A DNA stretch of 64,000 bases from an uncultured Lachnospiraceae bacterium (GCA_910586025.1 CAJUIO010000002.1:5951-69950), one strand, 5' to 3'. Counted from the first letter of the stretch, positions 9,559-20,181 are shown. Numbers and translations: made by a program. Notes: generated by a model not told the origin, from the letters alone.

Positions 9559-11244
9559 ATGAAAAAAGCGATCAATCAATCCCTTATGGCCTATATCCTG
9601 AACGGGGTCTCTATTCTGGCCCTCCTGTTTCTGGTATATTCCCTGTTTGATTACGGCGTGGTAAACGGAAAGCTGGATCAGGCGCATGAGGAGAGGTTTG
9701 AACTGACCTATAACGCAAACAGGTTCATGAACGGTTCGGCTTATCTGACCAACGAGGTGAGAGCCTATGCGGCCACCGGGATTCAGGAGCATTATGACAA
9801 TTACTGGAACGAGATCAACAATCTGAAGAACCGGGATATCGGCGTGGCCAATCTGCAGGAGATCGGGATCACGCAGGAGGAGCAGGCCATGATTGACGAT
9901 ATGTCTGCTTTATCCAACGAGCTTGTGCCCCTTGAGGAGGAGGCCATGAAAAATGTTCAGGCGGGCAAGAGGGAGGATGCTGTCGATTATGTGTACGGCT
10001 CCGATTACAGCACCGCCATTACGAAGATCAATTCCCTGAAGGAGCAGTTTCTCGGTGCGCTGGATACCAGAACCTCCCAGCAGGTTGCGGTTCTGACAAA
10101 GAAGACACAGCTGATCCGCCTGGAAATGATCCTGGCCTTTGTGATCGTGGGTATTTCCCAGCTGATCAGTATTCTTACCATCAGGCTCCGCGTGTTAAAG
10201 CCCGTTGTCAAGGTGCGGGATCAGATGAGGGAGATTTCCCAGGGAAATCTATCGGCGCAGTTTACTCTCGAACCGGATACTTCGGAGATCGGCATGCTGA
10301 CTCAGTCTATCCTTGAGACCAAGAGAGAACTGAAAAAATACATAAACGATATTAACGCAAAGCTGTCCGAGATGGCAAAGGGCAACATGGATCAGGCAAT
10401 CGGCGACGACTACCGGGGAGAGTTTCAGCCTATTCAGCACGCAATGGCGGAAATTCTTGATTCCCTGAACGAGGCGCTCGCCCAGATCGACGTGACGGCC
10501 AGACAGGTGTCTCAGGAATCGAGAAGGATGGCGACAGACGCCCAGGTACTCTCAAGCGGAGCCGTGGAGCAGGCATCCGCCGTACAGCAGCTTTCCGCAA
10601 GCATTCAGGACATTTCGGGACAGGTGGAAAGCACCTCGAGAGACGCAAACAGGGCCAGAAACAGCGCCAATGACGCATCGTCCCAGCTGCAGATCTGCAA
10701 CGAGAAGATGATGGATATGACCGCGGCAATGGAGGATATTTCCAGATCCTCCAACCAGATCGGCGGAATTATCAAGACGATAGAGAGTATATCCTTCCAG
10801 ACCAATATCCTGGCGCTGAATGCGGCAGTGGAGGCTGCAAGGGCGGGAGAGGCCGGCAAGGGCTTTGCCGTGGTTGCGGATGAGGTGAGAAGCCTTGCAA
10901 ACAAGAGCTCGGATGCGGCCCATGATATCACGCAGCTGATCGAGGAATCCATGAAGCTGGTGGATCAGGGAACGGCTCTTTCCGATGAGACCACCAAAGC
11001 GCTTATGGGAGTCATGGTAGGCGCAAAGGATGCCACGGAGATGATCGAGAGAATTGCCGTGGCTGCCGATTCCCAGTCGCAGTCCATCAAGCAGGTGACG
11101 CTTGGAATGGAACAGATTTCCGAGGTTGTTCAGACCAACGCCTCCACGGCTGAGAAATCAGCGGCATCCGCCGAGGAACTTTACGGCCAGGCCGAGGAAA
11201 TGCTGGTGGCAGTCCAGAGGTTTAAGCTTCGGGGAAGAAGATAG
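9559..11244 (+). CDS. Methyl-accepting chemotaxis protein
   Basis: Two TM helices flanking an extracellular domain, HAMP region, signalling hairpin [34 protein letters not shown]. Confidence 0.95.
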   Translation: MKKAINQSLMAYILNGVSILALLFLVYSLFDYGVVNGKLDQAHEERFELTYNANRFMNGSAYLTNEVRAYAATGIQEHYDNYWNEINNLKNRDIGVANLQEIGITQEEQAMIDDMSALSNELVPLEEEAMKNVQAGKREDAVDYVYGSDYSTAITKINSLKEQFLGALDTRTSQQVAVLTKKTQLIRLEMILAFVIVGISQLISILTIRLRVLKPVVKVRDQMREISQGNLSAQFTLEPDTSEIGMLTQSILETKRELKKYINDINAKLSEMAKGNMDQAIGDDYRGEFQPIQHAMAEILDSLNEALAQIDVTARQVSQESRRMATDAQVLSSGAVEQASAVQQLSASIQDISGQVESTSRDANRARNSANDASSQLQICNEKMMDMTAAMEDISRSSNQIGGIIKTIESISFQTNILALNAAVEAARAGEAGKGFAVVADEVRSLANKSSDAAHDITQLIEESMKLVDQGTALSDETTKALMGVMVGAKDATEMIERIAVAADSQSQSIKQVTLGMEQISEVVQTNASTAEKSAASAEELYGQAEEMLVAVQRFKLRGRR

Positions 11245-11258
11245 ACACAGACAGAAAG

Positions 11259-11297
11259 AAAAAAGCCATGCCGGGTCAACCGGATGGCTTTTTTTTT
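11259..11297. terminator. Bidirectional intrinsic terminator
   Basis: AAAAAAGCCAT-G-CCGG-GTCAA-CCGG-ATGGCTTTTTTTTT between convergent genes. Confidence 0.85.
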
Positions 11298-11344
11298 CGT
11301 TCGTTTGCGAAGCGGGACACTGCCTGGAGCAAGGCCGGCCAAGG

Positions 11345-12370
11345 TTATTGTACGGCTGCCTGCTCGGCGGCGGTAAAGGTATCTACATAAACAGGACCTT
11401 CCGCCGGCGTATGATACACGGGCGTGGGGTTATTGAATTCGTTGAAATAGACATACTGGGAAGTGATATTGATATTCTGGTAATTTCCCATTGCCACGAT
11501 CTCGGGCTCGCTTCCGTCAAGACGCATCCGCATCAGAGCGGGCTCCTTCGCGTCATTCTTCTGGTAATAGATATAAGACCCGCCCACATTGAAGGCATCC
11601 ACACGGTCAGGTGTCAGCACCTCCACCACATTGCTCACAAGAGAATAGCGGCAGAGCCTGTAGTTCGAGGAGACATCCATATAATAGATATAGTCGTCCT
11701 TGTAGACAGGATACCAGAGATTGCCTTTATATATGGTGGAGACGGCATCGGTCCTGGTGTCTAAGGCGTACAGATAATGATCCTTCTGTGTGCCGTTGTA
11801 ATAGATGATGCCGTTGTGGCAGGCCGCCGGGTTGATCAGCTCGTCGGAGATCAGGATATTTTCCGACTTATCCGTCTTGATCTTATAAAAATTGCTGTAA
11901 TCCTTGTTGTTGTATCTCAGGTAGTAGAGATAGTCGCCCGCAAGCTGCATGGAGGTGCACCCGTCCCGAAGGAGGCAGACCGTGCTCTTGCCGTTTTGCT
12001 TGGTGCGGTAGATTCCGAAGGTGCGCAGGACGTAGCCGAAGCCCGACCCTCCCGAGGAGCTGTCCATAAAGTAGTAGACAAAGTTGTCATCCGCATTAAT
12101 GTTGGTGACCTTGCTGGATATCATCTTTTTCATGTCCGTCTCATCCGCGTTCATGGAGTACATACAGCCGTGGTCGTAGGCGTTGGAAAAAAAGACCCGG
12201 CCGTTCTGCTCACAGAAGAGCCCCTGGTTGTTCAGATTTCCCCCGGTGTTCCCGGTGACGGATATATCATTCGACGGCACCCGGTTGCTGATGGCGGGAA
12301 TGATGACCATGACGGTGAAAAAGGCCGCTGCGGCGAGGCCGATTATGAGGTATCGTAGTTTGAATTTCAT
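11345..12370 (-). CDS. Membrane-anchored DUF5050-like beta-propeller protein
   Basis: N-terminal TM, GNTGGNLNNQG motif, repeated (D/G)YIYY...LYR units. Confidence 0.75.
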   Translation of the reverse strand: MKFKLRYLIIGLAAAAFFTVMVIIPAISNRVPSNDISVTGNTGGNLNNQGLFCEQNGRVFFSNAYDHGCMYSMNADETDMKKMISSKVTNINADDNFVYYFMDSSSGGSGFGYVLRTFGIYRTKQNGKSTVCLLRDGCTSMQLAGDYLYYLRYNNKDYSNFYKIKTDKSENILISDELINPAACHNGIIYYNGTQKDHYLYALDTRTDAVSTIYKGNLWYPVYKDDYIYYMDVSSNYRLCRYSLVSNVVEVLTPDRVDAFNVGGSYIYYQKNDAKEPALMRMRLDGSEPEIVAMGNYQNINITSQYVYFNEFNNPTPVYHTPAEGPVYVDTFTAAEQAAVQ

Positions 12371-12418
12371 AGCTTTACTCTCCGTTTATGTAATTTTCAC
12401 TCTTTCATTACAAGAAAT

Positions 12419-12447
12419 ATTATAATGAATCCGGGGGCAGGTTGCAA
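12419..12447 (-). promoter_or_regulatory. SigA-type promoter for DUF5050-like gene
   Basis: TTGCAA-17 nt-TATAAT on minus strand. Confidence 0.65.
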
Positions 12448-12463
12448 GGATAAATCTTACCGC

Positions 12464-12492
12464 TTGCGAACCTTATCCGTTTGGTATAGAAT
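12464..12492 (+). promoter_or_regulatory. SigA-type promoter for pheA operon
   Basis: TTGCGA-17 nt-TAGAAT. Confidence 0.55.
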
Positions 12493-12526
12493 GAAGTGAG
12501 AATTCATCAGGAAAGGACTGGAAATT

Positions 12527-13654
12527 ATGGATTTGTTGGAGCTTCGCACACAGCTTGACGAGATTGACGGAAAACTCGTGGAGCTTTATGAAAAGAGAAT
12601 GGCGGTCTGTGAAAACGTTGCAAAATACAAGATCGAGACGGGAAAGCCGGTTTTTGACAAGGCCAGGGAAGAGGAAAAGATACGGAAGGTGAAGTCCCTT
12701 ACCCACAATGAGTTCAACTGTCATGGGGTGGAGGAGCTTTTTGAGCAGATCATGTCCATGAGCCGTAAGCTGCAGTATCAGCTCCTTTCCCGGCACGGGG
12801 GACTGAATAAGCTTCCCTTTATCGGAGTGGATTCCTTAGACGCCTGCAGGGCCAGAGTGGTGTTTCAGGGGGCGGAGGGAGCCTACTCCCAGGCGGCCAT
12901 GCACCGGTACTTCGGGGAGGAGATAGACAGCTTCCACGTGAATACCTTCCGGGATGCCATGATCGCGATTGACGAGGGAAGCGCTGACTTTGCGGTTCTT
13001 CCCATAGAAAACTCCACGGCGGGGATTGTCAGTGAGATCTATGACCTTCTGGTGGAGTTTGAGAATTATATCGTGGGAGAGCAGATCATAAAGATCGAGC
13101 ACTGCCTCATGGCGCTGCCGGGAACGGGGCTTTCGGATATCCGCACAGTCTATTCTCACCCTCAGTCGCTGATGCAGTCCGCGAGATATCTGAGCGCCCA
13201 CCCGTCATGGCAGCAGATCAGCATGCAGAACAATGCCTTTGCCGCAAAGAAGGTGGCCGGGGACAAGGACGGAACGGCGGCCGCTATCGCCAGCGAATAT
13301 GCGGCAAAGCTCTACGGCCTCCATGTGCTTGAGAAGGGTGTGAACCATTCCAGCAGCAATTCCACCCGGTTCATCATTGTCACAAACCAGAAAATATTCC
13401 GGAAGGATGCGAAGAAGGTCAGCATCTGCTTCGAGGTGCCTCATGAGAGCGGCTCCCTCTATCATATGCTCTCCCATTTCATTTATAACAACCTGAATAT
13501 GAATAAGATTGAGAGCAGACCCATAGAGGACCGCAACTGGGAATACAGGTTTTTCATTGATTTTGACGGCAATCTCTCGGACAGCTCTGTGAAGAACGCC
13601 CTGAGGGGACTTCGGGAGGAAGCCAGGAATATGAAGATTCTGGGGAATTACTAA
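12527..13654 (+). CDS. pheA: Chorismate mutase / prephenate dehydratase
   Basis: N-terminal AroQ (LRTQLDEID...R...VAKYK), PDT motifs PIENS and NSTRF, ACT domain IESRP. Confidence 0.95.
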   Translation: MDLLELRTQLDEIDGKLVELYEKRMAVCENVAKYKIETGKPVFDKAREEEKIRKVKSLTHNEFNCHGVEELFEQIMSMSRKLQYQLLSRHGGLNKLPFIGVDSLDACRARVVFQGAEGAYSQAAMHRYFGEEIDSFHVNTFRDAMIAIDEGSADFAVLPIENSTAGIVSEIYDLLVEFENYIVGEQIIKIEHCLMALPGTGLSDIRTVYSHPQSLMQSARYLSAHPSWQQISMQNNAFAAKKVAGDKDGTAAAIASEYAAKLYGLHVLEKGVNHSSSNSTRFIIVTNQKIFRKDAKKVSICFEVPHESGSLYHMLSHFIYNNLNMNKIESRPIEDRNWEYRFFIDFDGNLSDSSVKNALRGLREEARNMKILGNY

Positions 13655-13684
13655 AGCGTGCGGTGAGAAGGAGAGTGCATCGGG

Positions 13685-14980
13685 ATGAGAGTGAAGGAAC
13701 TGATTGTATATAAGAACTTTTTGGGAAAAGAGGATCGTATTCTGCGACATATGGCATGGCTGATGAACCATCTGGGAGAGGAGTGTCATGAAGAAAAGGC
13801 CGCAAGGCGTCTTCACGAATGTATCCACGGCCTTCTGGAAATGGCGGGAGGCTACGGCTTTTACGGGAATCTGTGGCATTGCTATCTGACCAATCTTCTG
13901 GTAAACAATGAGAACAGCTACAGCAGGGCCTGCGAGATCCGGGGCGCTGTGGAGGGAACCATCAATCAGGCGGTTCTCCATGATATCGCGGTCTTTAAGG
14001 AGTTTTTTGATTTTGATCTGGATAAGCTTGCCAATCTGCAAGGCGGGGAAAGCCTGTCCCTGATTCTGGAATTTGAGAACAGCCACGGCGGGAGCAGGGT
14101 CTACAACAGCAGGATCCGGGACCGAATCTGTCATCTTGCGGTTAAGCTTGCCGGGGACCGCACACCGGAGGAGATGAAGGACACCCTGACAGAGTTCTAC
14201 AGGGATTACGGCGTGGGACGGTTCGGTCTGCACAAGGCCTTTCGGGTGGTGCGCAAAAAGGGCGGCGCACAGATCGTGCCCATACAGAATATCGCCCATG
14301 TGCATCTGGACGATCTTGTGGGGTATGAGATCGCCAAAAAAAAGCTGATTGAAAACACCGAGGCCTTTGTGGAGGGGCGCAAGGCCAACAACTGTCTGCT
14401 GTTCGGGGATGCGGGAACGGGAAAGTCTTCCAGCATCAAGGCGATTGCCAACGAGTATTATGACGCGGGACTGCGCATCATAGAAGTCTATAAGCACCAG
14501 TTTCAGGATCTGAATGACGTGATCACACAGATCAAGAACAGAAATTATAGGTTTATTATTTACATGGACGATCTGAGCTTTGAGGATTTCGAGACCGAGT
14601 ACAAATACTTAAAGGCGGTGATCGAGGGCGGCCTGGAAAAGAAGCCGGAGAACGTGCTGATTTACGCCACCTCCAACAGGCGCCATATCATCAGGGAGAA
14701 ATTCTCTGACAAGGAGGACCGCAGGGACGACCTGCACTCCTCGGACACGGTACAGGAGAAGCTTTCCCTGGCATCCCGGTTCGGCGTCACGATCTTCTTT
14801 GCCTCTCCGGACAAAAAGGAATTCCAGAATATTGTGAGAGTCCTGGCCGGGCGCTATGGGATTGCCATGCCGCAGGAGGAGCTTTTGCTGGAAGCGAACA
14901 AGTGGGAGCTTTCCCACGGAGGCCTGTCCGGAAGGACGGCTCAGCAGTTTATCGACTATCTGCTTGGGAAAAAGGAATGA
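13685..14980 (+). CDS. AAA+ ATPase, DUF815-like
   Basis: Walker A GDAGTGKSS, Walker B IIYMDDLSF, YATSNRRH, EKLSLASRFG, SGRTAQQF. Confidence 0.85.
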   Translation: MRVKELIVYKNFLGKEDRILRHMAWLMNHLGEECHEEKAARRLHECIHGLLEMAGGYGFYGNLWHCYLTNLLVNNENSYSRACEIRGAVEGTINQAVLHDIAVFKEFFDFDLDKLANLQGGESLSLILEFENSHGGSRVYNSRIRDRICHLAVKLAGDRTPEEMKDTLTEFYRDYGVGRFGLHKAFRVVRKKGGAQIVPIQNIAHVHLDDLVGYEIAKKKLIENTEAFVEGRKANNCLLFGDAGTGKSSSIKAIANEYYDAGLRIIEVYKHQFQDLNDVITQIKNRNYRFIIYMDDLSFEDFETEYKYLKAVIEGGLEKKPENVLIYATSNRRHIIREKFSDKEDRRDDLHSSDTVQEKLSLASRFGVTIFFASPDKKEFQNIVRVLAGRYGIAMPQEELLLEANKWELSHGGLSGRTAQQFIDYLLGKKE

Positions 14981-14997
14981 GGGGAAGGGAATGAGAC

Positions 14998-16548
14998 ATG
15001 TCATTTAAAATGTTTGCTGCAATTGATGCGGGCTCCTATGAGCTTGCCATGAAAATTTTCCAGGTGTCAAAGGCGGGAGGCGTGAAGGAGATCGACCATA
15101 TCAGGCATGGAATCGATATGGGAACGGAGACGTATTCCACCGGAAAGCTCAGCCCTCCCAGGGTGGATGAGCTGTGCAGGATTCTCGGAGAGTTTTCCGA
15201 TATCATGAAGGCCTATAGGGTATCGGACTATGTGGCCTATGGGACCAGCGCCATCAGGGAGAGCGAGAACACGGCGATCCTGTTAAATCAGATCGAGGTG
15301 AGAACGGGGATTCATATCGAGGTGCTGAGCAATTCCGAGCAGCGGTTCCTGGATTATAAATCGATCGCCCTTCAGGGGGAGGGCTTCCGGAAAATCATAG
15401 AAAACGGAACGGCTATTGTGGATATCGGCGGCGGCAGCATCCAGATTTCCCTCTTTGACAAGGATACTCTGGTTTCCACCCAGAATATGAGGCTCGGGGT
15501 GCTCCGCCTGCGGGAGCGGCTCCAGCACATGGAAGCCAGCGTGGGAAAATATGAGATTCTCATCGACGAGCTGGTGGATTCCCAGATGGCGGTCTACAAG
15601 AAGCTCTATCTGAAGGACCGTGAGATCAAAAATATTATCGTGGTGGACGACTATATCTCCGTGCTGCTTCGCAAAAAGAAGAACGGAGGGGAGATGAGGG
15701 GATATGCCGGAAAAGAGCTGATCGACAGAGTGGAAAAATCCTATCAGACCAAAGGGCTTTCCGGCCTTGCAAAAGACTTTGACATGCCGGAGGAAAGCAT
15801 GCTCATGGTCTATATCTCCTTTGTGATGCTCCGGCGCATTATGGAGACTATGGGTGCGGAGCTGATCTGGGCCCCGGGAGTTACTCTGTGCGACGGGATC
15901 GTGTACGAGTACGCGGAAAAGAATAAAATGATCACGCCCGCCCATAACTTTGAGCAGGACATCATTGCCTGTGCCCAGAATATCAGCAAGCGATACCGGG
16001 GCAGCAAAAAGAGAAGCGAGACCCTCGAGCAGATCGCCCTGCGGATTTTTGACAGCACCAGGAAGCTCCACGGGCTGGAAAAGAGGGAGAGGCTTCTTCT
16101 GCAGCTCTCCACCATTCTCCACGACTGCGGAAAATATATCAGCATGGCGAATCTGGGAGAGTGCTCCTACAGCATCATCATGGCCACGGAGATCATCGGG
16201 CTGTCCCACAGGGAGAGGGAGGTGGTGGCCAACGTGGTGAAGTACAATCATCTGGACTTTGATTATTATGAGGAAATGGGAAGGTACCGGGATCTTGACC
16301 GGGAGTCCTATCTGGTGATTGCAAAGCTGACCGCCATCCTGCGGCTGGCAAACGGCCTTGACAGAAGCCACAAGCAGAAATTTAAGGATGTGCGGATCAC
16401 CCTGAAGGAGGGACGGCTCGTGATCACGGTGGATACCAACGAGGATATCACGCTGGAAAAGGGCCTGTTTGACGGAAGGGCCGCCTTTTTCCAGGAAGTA
16501 TATAATGTGCGTCCCGTTATCAGGCAGAGACGTGTGATCGGAGGTTGA
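14998..16548 (+). CDS. ppx: Ppx/GppA-family protein with C-terminal HD-like domain (catalytic motifs degenerate)
   Basis: AAIDAGS, TSAIRE, DIGGGS, LHDCG, LRLANGLD; adjacent to ppk1. Confidence 0.85.
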   Translation: MSFKMFAAIDAGSYELAMKIFQVSKAGGVKEIDHIRHGIDMGTETYSTGKLSPPRVDELCRILGEFSDIMKAYRVSDYVAYGTSAIRESENTAILLNQIEVRTGIHIEVLSNSEQRFLDYKSIALQGEGFRKIIENGTAIVDIGGGSIQISLFDKDTLVSTQNMRLGVLRLRERLQHMEASVGKYEILIDELVDSQMAVYKKLYLKDREIKNIIVVDDYISVLLRKKKNGGEMRGYAGKELIDRVEKSYQTKGLSGLAKDFDMPEESMLMVYISFVMLRRIMETMGAELIWAPGVTLCDGIVYEYAEKNKMITPAHNFEQDIIACAQNISKRYRGSKKRSETLEQIALRIFDSTRKLHGLEKRERLLLQLSTILHDCGKYISMANLGECSYSIIMATEIIGLSHREREVVANVVKYNHLDFDYYEEMGRYRDLDRESYLVIAKLTAILRLANGLDRSHKQKFKDVRITLKEGRLVITVDTNEDITLEKGLFDGRAAFFQEVYNVRPVIRQRRVIGG

Positions 16549-16553
16549 GTGTT

Positions 16554-18683
16554 ATGTGTGAAGTGAATTATGATGACCCTGGCTTTTACACAAACAGGGA
16601 GCTGAGCTGGCTGCTGTTTAACAAGAGAGTGCTGAGCGAGGCCAGGGATAAGGGAAATCTCCTCTTTGAGAGGCTGAAATTCCTCAGCATTACCGCATCC
16701 AATCTGGATGAGTTTTTCATGGTGAGGGTTGCATCACTGAAGGATATGGTGAATGCGGGATACAAAAAGCCTGACATTGCGGGAATGCTGCCGGAGGAAC
16801 AGCTCCGGGAGGTCAACGCTGCGACTCATGAGCTGGTGGATCAGCAGTATGGGATCTACAACCGTTCGCTGCTTCCGCAGCTTCTGCAAAACGGCCTCCG
16901 GGTGGTGGAGCGCCACGAAAAGCTCTCGCCCAGGGAGGCGGACTTTGTGGACAAATTTTATGAGGAAAACGTGTATCCGGTTCTCACCCCCATGGCGGTG
17001 GATTCCTCGAGACCCTTTCCCCTGATCCGGAATAAGTCGCTCAACATAGGAGCTCTCGTGAGAAAGAAGGACGGGGATAAGAAGCTGGAATTCGCCACCG
17101 TCCAGGTTCCCAGCGTGCTCCCGAGGATTGTGCGCATGCCGGCGGGCCGTGAGGAGCGGGAGGCGGTCATCCTTCTCGAGGAGATCATTGAGCGAAACAT
17201 CCACAAGCTCTTTCTCAGCTATGATATCGTCTGCTCCTGCCCCTTCCGTATCATGAGAAATGCGGACTTTGTGCTGGAGGAGGACGAGTCGGAGGATCTG
17301 TTAAAGGAGATCGAAAAACAGCTGAAAAAGAGACAGTGGGGCCAGGCCATCCGTCTGGAGGTGGAGGAGGGGATTGACAAGCGTCTCCTCAACATCATAA
17401 AGACGGAGCTCTCCATAGGCGACGAGGATATTTACAGGATCGACGGTCCCCTGGATCTGACGTTCCTGATGAGGATGTACGGGCTGTTCGGCTTTGACCA
17501 TCTGAAGGAAAAGGGCTATACGGGGCCGTGGCAGGTGCCGGCTTTTCCGCCGGACTGCGATATCTTTGAGCAGATCAGGAAGGAGGATATCCTGCTCCAC
17601 CACCCCTACGAGACCTTTGCGCCGGTGGTGGATTTCATCCGGCAGGCGGCCAGAGACGAGAACGTGCTTGCCATCAAGCAGACGCTCTACCGCGTCAGCG
17701 GCAATTCGCCCATCATTGCGGCTCTGGCCCAGGCGGCCGAAAACGGGAAACAGGTGTCCGTGCTGGTGGAGCTCAAGGCCAGGTTTGACGAGGAGAACAA
17801 TATTGTCTGGGCCAAGATGCTGGAAAAGGCGGGCTGCCATGTGATTTACGGCCTTTTGGGGCTCAAGACCCACAGCAAGATCACCCTGGTGGTGCGCAGG
17901 GAGGAGGACGGAATCCGCCGCTATGTGCATCTGGGGACCGGAAATTATAATGATGCCACGGCGAAGCTGTACACGGACGTGGGACTGTTCACCTGCGCTC
18001 CCTCCATAGGGGAAGATGCGACCGCCGTGTTCAACATGCTTTCCGGGTATTCGGAGCCTCTCTCCTGGAACAAGCTTTCTCTGGCCCCCCTGTGGCTGAA
18101 GGACCGTTTCCTGTATCTGATTAAGAGAGAGAGGAAAAATGCCGCGGCGGGCCGCGGCGGACATATCATTGCCAAGGTTAACAGCCTGTGTGACAAGGAT
18201 ATCATCAGGGAGCTCTACGAGGCGGCCTCTAAGGGCGTTAAGGTGGAGCTGATCGTGAGAGGAATCTGCTGCCTGAAGACAGGGCTTCCCGGGATCGGGG
18301 ATAACATAACGGTGCGCTCCATCGTGGGCAATTATCTGGAACACTGCCGCATCTTTTATTTTGAAAACGACGGCAAGCCTGAGTATTACTGCGCAAGTGC
18401 GGACTGGATGCCCCGGAATCTGGAGCGGCGCGTGGAGATCCTGTTTCCCGTGGAGACGCCAAAGCTTCAGGAGAAGCTGATGGATATCCTTTCCACGCAG
18501 CTTCAGGATACGGTGAAGGCCCACATACTGACCGCTGCGGGAACCTATGAAAAAGTGGATAAGAGGGGGAAGGGAATCGTCAATGCCCAGCTTGAATTCT
18601 GCAGTAAGGCGGCACAGGCTGCCAGAGCGGGAGAGAAGGTGGTGAGCCAGAGAACGTTTATTCCCGAGACGCATCATGAATAG
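16554..18683 (+). CDS. ppk1: Polyphosphate kinase 1
   Basis: NRELSWL.FN.RV, SNLDEFFMVRV, HHPY, ELKARFDEENN, KTHSK, SADWMPRN. Confidence 0.97.
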   Translation: MCEVNYDDPGFYTNRELSWLLFNKRVLSEARDKGNLLFERLKFLSITASNLDEFFMVRVASLKDMVNAGYKKPDIAGMLPEEQLREVNAATHELVDQQYGIYNRSLLPQLLQNGLRVVERHEKLSPREADFVDKFYEENVYPVLTPMAVDSSRPFPLIRNKSLNIGALVRKKDGDKKLEFATVQVPSVLPRIVRMPAGREEREAVILLEEIIERNIHKLFLSYDIVCSCPFRIMRNADFVLEEDESEDLLKEIEKQLKKRQWGQAIRLEVEEGIDKRLLNIIKTELSIGDEDIYRIDGPLDLTFLMRMYGLFGFDHLKEKGYTGPWQVPAFPPDCDIFEQIRKEDILLHHPYETFAPVVDFIRQAARDENVLAIKQTLYRVSGNSPIIAALAQAAENGKQVSVLVELKARFDEENNIVWAKMLEKAGCHVIYGLLGLKTHSKITLVVRREEDGIRRYVHLGTGNYNDATAKLYTDVGLFTCAPSIGEDATAVFNMLSGYSEPLSWNKLSLAPLWLKDRFLYLIKRERKNAAAGRGGHIIAKVNSLCDKDIIRELYEAASKGVKVELIVRGICCLKTGLPGIGDNITVRSIVGNYLEHCRIFYFENDGKPEYYCASADWMPRNLERRVEILFPVETPKLQEKLMDILSTQLQDTVKAHILTAAGTYEKVDKRGKGIVNAQLEFCSKAAQAARAGEKVVSQRTFIPETHHE

Positions 18684-19293
18684 CTGCAATAAGAAGATCA
18701 TTTTAGCCAGCGCTTCCCCGAGACGCAGGGAGCTGCTTTCCCAGATCGGAATGGAATTCGAGATAAGGCCGAGCGGGGCCTCGGAACAGACAAAGGGGAC
18801 GCGGCCCGCCGAAATCGTGGAGGAGCTCTCCGCCCTCAAGGCCGGGGAGGTGTTCGATGCGCTTTCGAAGGAGGAGAGGGCGGATGCGTTGGTGATCGGA
18901 GCAGACACCATCGTAGCTCTTGACGGAAGAATCATGGGAAAGCCGAAAGATCCCGGGGAAGCCGCCCTCATGCTGGGCCGTCTTCAGGGAAGAACACACC
19001 AGGTCTACAGCGGTGTCACTCTGGTATGGCAGGGGCGGGAGGATTCGCCGTCCCGCATACGGCTGTCCTTCCATGAGAAAACGGACGTGGCCATGTTCCC
19101 CATGACGGAGCGGGAGATCGAGCGCTATGTGGCTACCGGCGAGCCGCTGGACAAGGCCGGGGCCTACGGGATCCAGGGGAAATGCGCATCCCATATCAGG
19201 GGACTTCGGGGCGACTATTATAATGTGGTGGGGCTTCCTTTGGGGAGGCTCTGCCAGGAGATGAAAAAAGCCGGCCTTATGGCCGCGGATTAA
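18676..19293 (+). CDS. maf: Maf/YhdE-type nucleoside triphosphate pyrophosphatase
   Basis: ILASASPRRRELL, GADT, KP, DKAGAYGIQG, NVVGLP. Confidence 0.93.
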   Translation: MNSCNKKIILASASPRRRELLSQIGMEFEIRPSGASEQTKGTRPAEIVEELSALKAGEVFDALSKEERADALVIGADTIVALDGRIMGKPKDPGEAALMLGRLQGRTHQVYSGVTLVWQGREDSPSRIRLSFHEKTDVAMFPMTEREIERYVATGEPLDKAGAYGIQGKCASHIRGLRGDYYNVVGLPLGRLCQEMKKAGLMAAD

Positions 19294-19310
19294 ATGTGAG
19301 GACGGATATT

Positions 19311-20102
19311 ATGATAAAACTGATCGCATCAGACATTGACGGCACTCTGATCAAGGATTCCACACCGGATCTGTATCCCGAGATGGTGCAGGCAGTCAGG
19401 AGGCTGAAGGAAAAGGGGATAATCTTCTGCGCTGCCAGCGGAAGGCAGTACGAGAGTGTGCGCAACGTATTCCGGGAGGTTGCGGACGATATCGCCTATA
19501 TTGTGGAGAACGGGGCCCATATCCGCTATCAGGGGAAGGATATCTCCATCACGCCCATGAAGAGGGAGCATATCGAGGGGATTCTCACCATGCTGCGGCC
19601 CTACTACGGCAGCTGCGAGACCATAACCTCCACGCCCGGGGGAAGTCTTGTGGAGAGTGATAATCAGGAATTCATCGACCTGATCACCTATGGCTATCAC
19701 AATTCCTTCCGGCGCGTTCAGGACGTGCTGAGCGAGGACGCGCAGATCATCAAGGTGGCTGTCTACCGGAAGGGAAGTATCCGCAGTCTGGGTGAGAGCA
19801 CCTTTATCCCGGCCTGGAAGGATAAGGTGAAGGCCTGCATGGCGGGTGAGGAATGGGTGGATTTCATGGACGCCTCCGTGGACAAGGGAAACGCACTCCG
19901 GTTTCTGCAGCAGTACCTTGGAATCGGGAGGGAGGAGACCATGGCCTTTGGCGACAACAACAATGACATCGGCATGATGCTCGCCGCAGGCGAGAGCTAT
20001 GCGGTGGAGAGCGCCGTGGAGGAGGTAAAGAGAGCTGCGGGAAGGATCTGCCCGGATTACAGCCGAAAGGGTGTCTATGAAACAATAAAAAATTTGCTCT
20101 AG
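19311..20102 (+). CDS. Cof-type HAD-IIB hydrolase
   Basis: DIDGTL, ASGR, ENGA, DKG, FGDNNND. Confidence 0.92.
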   Translation: MIKLIASDIDGTLIKDSTPDLYPEMVQAVRRLKEKGIIFCAASGRQYESVRNVFREVADDIAYIVENGAHIRYQGKDISITPMKREHIEGILTMLRPYYGSCETITSTPGGSLVESDNQEFIDLITYGYHNSFRRVQDVLSEDAQIIKVAVYRKGSIRSLGESTFIPAWKDKVKACMAGEEWVDFMDASVDKGNALRFLQQYLGIGREETMAFGDNNNDIGMMLAAGESYAVESAVEEVKRAAGRICPDYSRKGVYETIKNLL

Positions 20103-20181
20103 GTATTGACTTGAGCCGCCCCTTTGAGGCATTATGATAGTAAGGAGAAATGATCTATTTACCGTTAAGGAGGAATAAAGT

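Noticed and set aside
17301..18971. 556-aa ORF antisense to ppk1/maf, and similar 300-430 aa antisense ORFs over the ATPase, ppx, dxs, pnp and GH31
   Set aside because: Expected from codon bias on the opposite strand; no family motifs.
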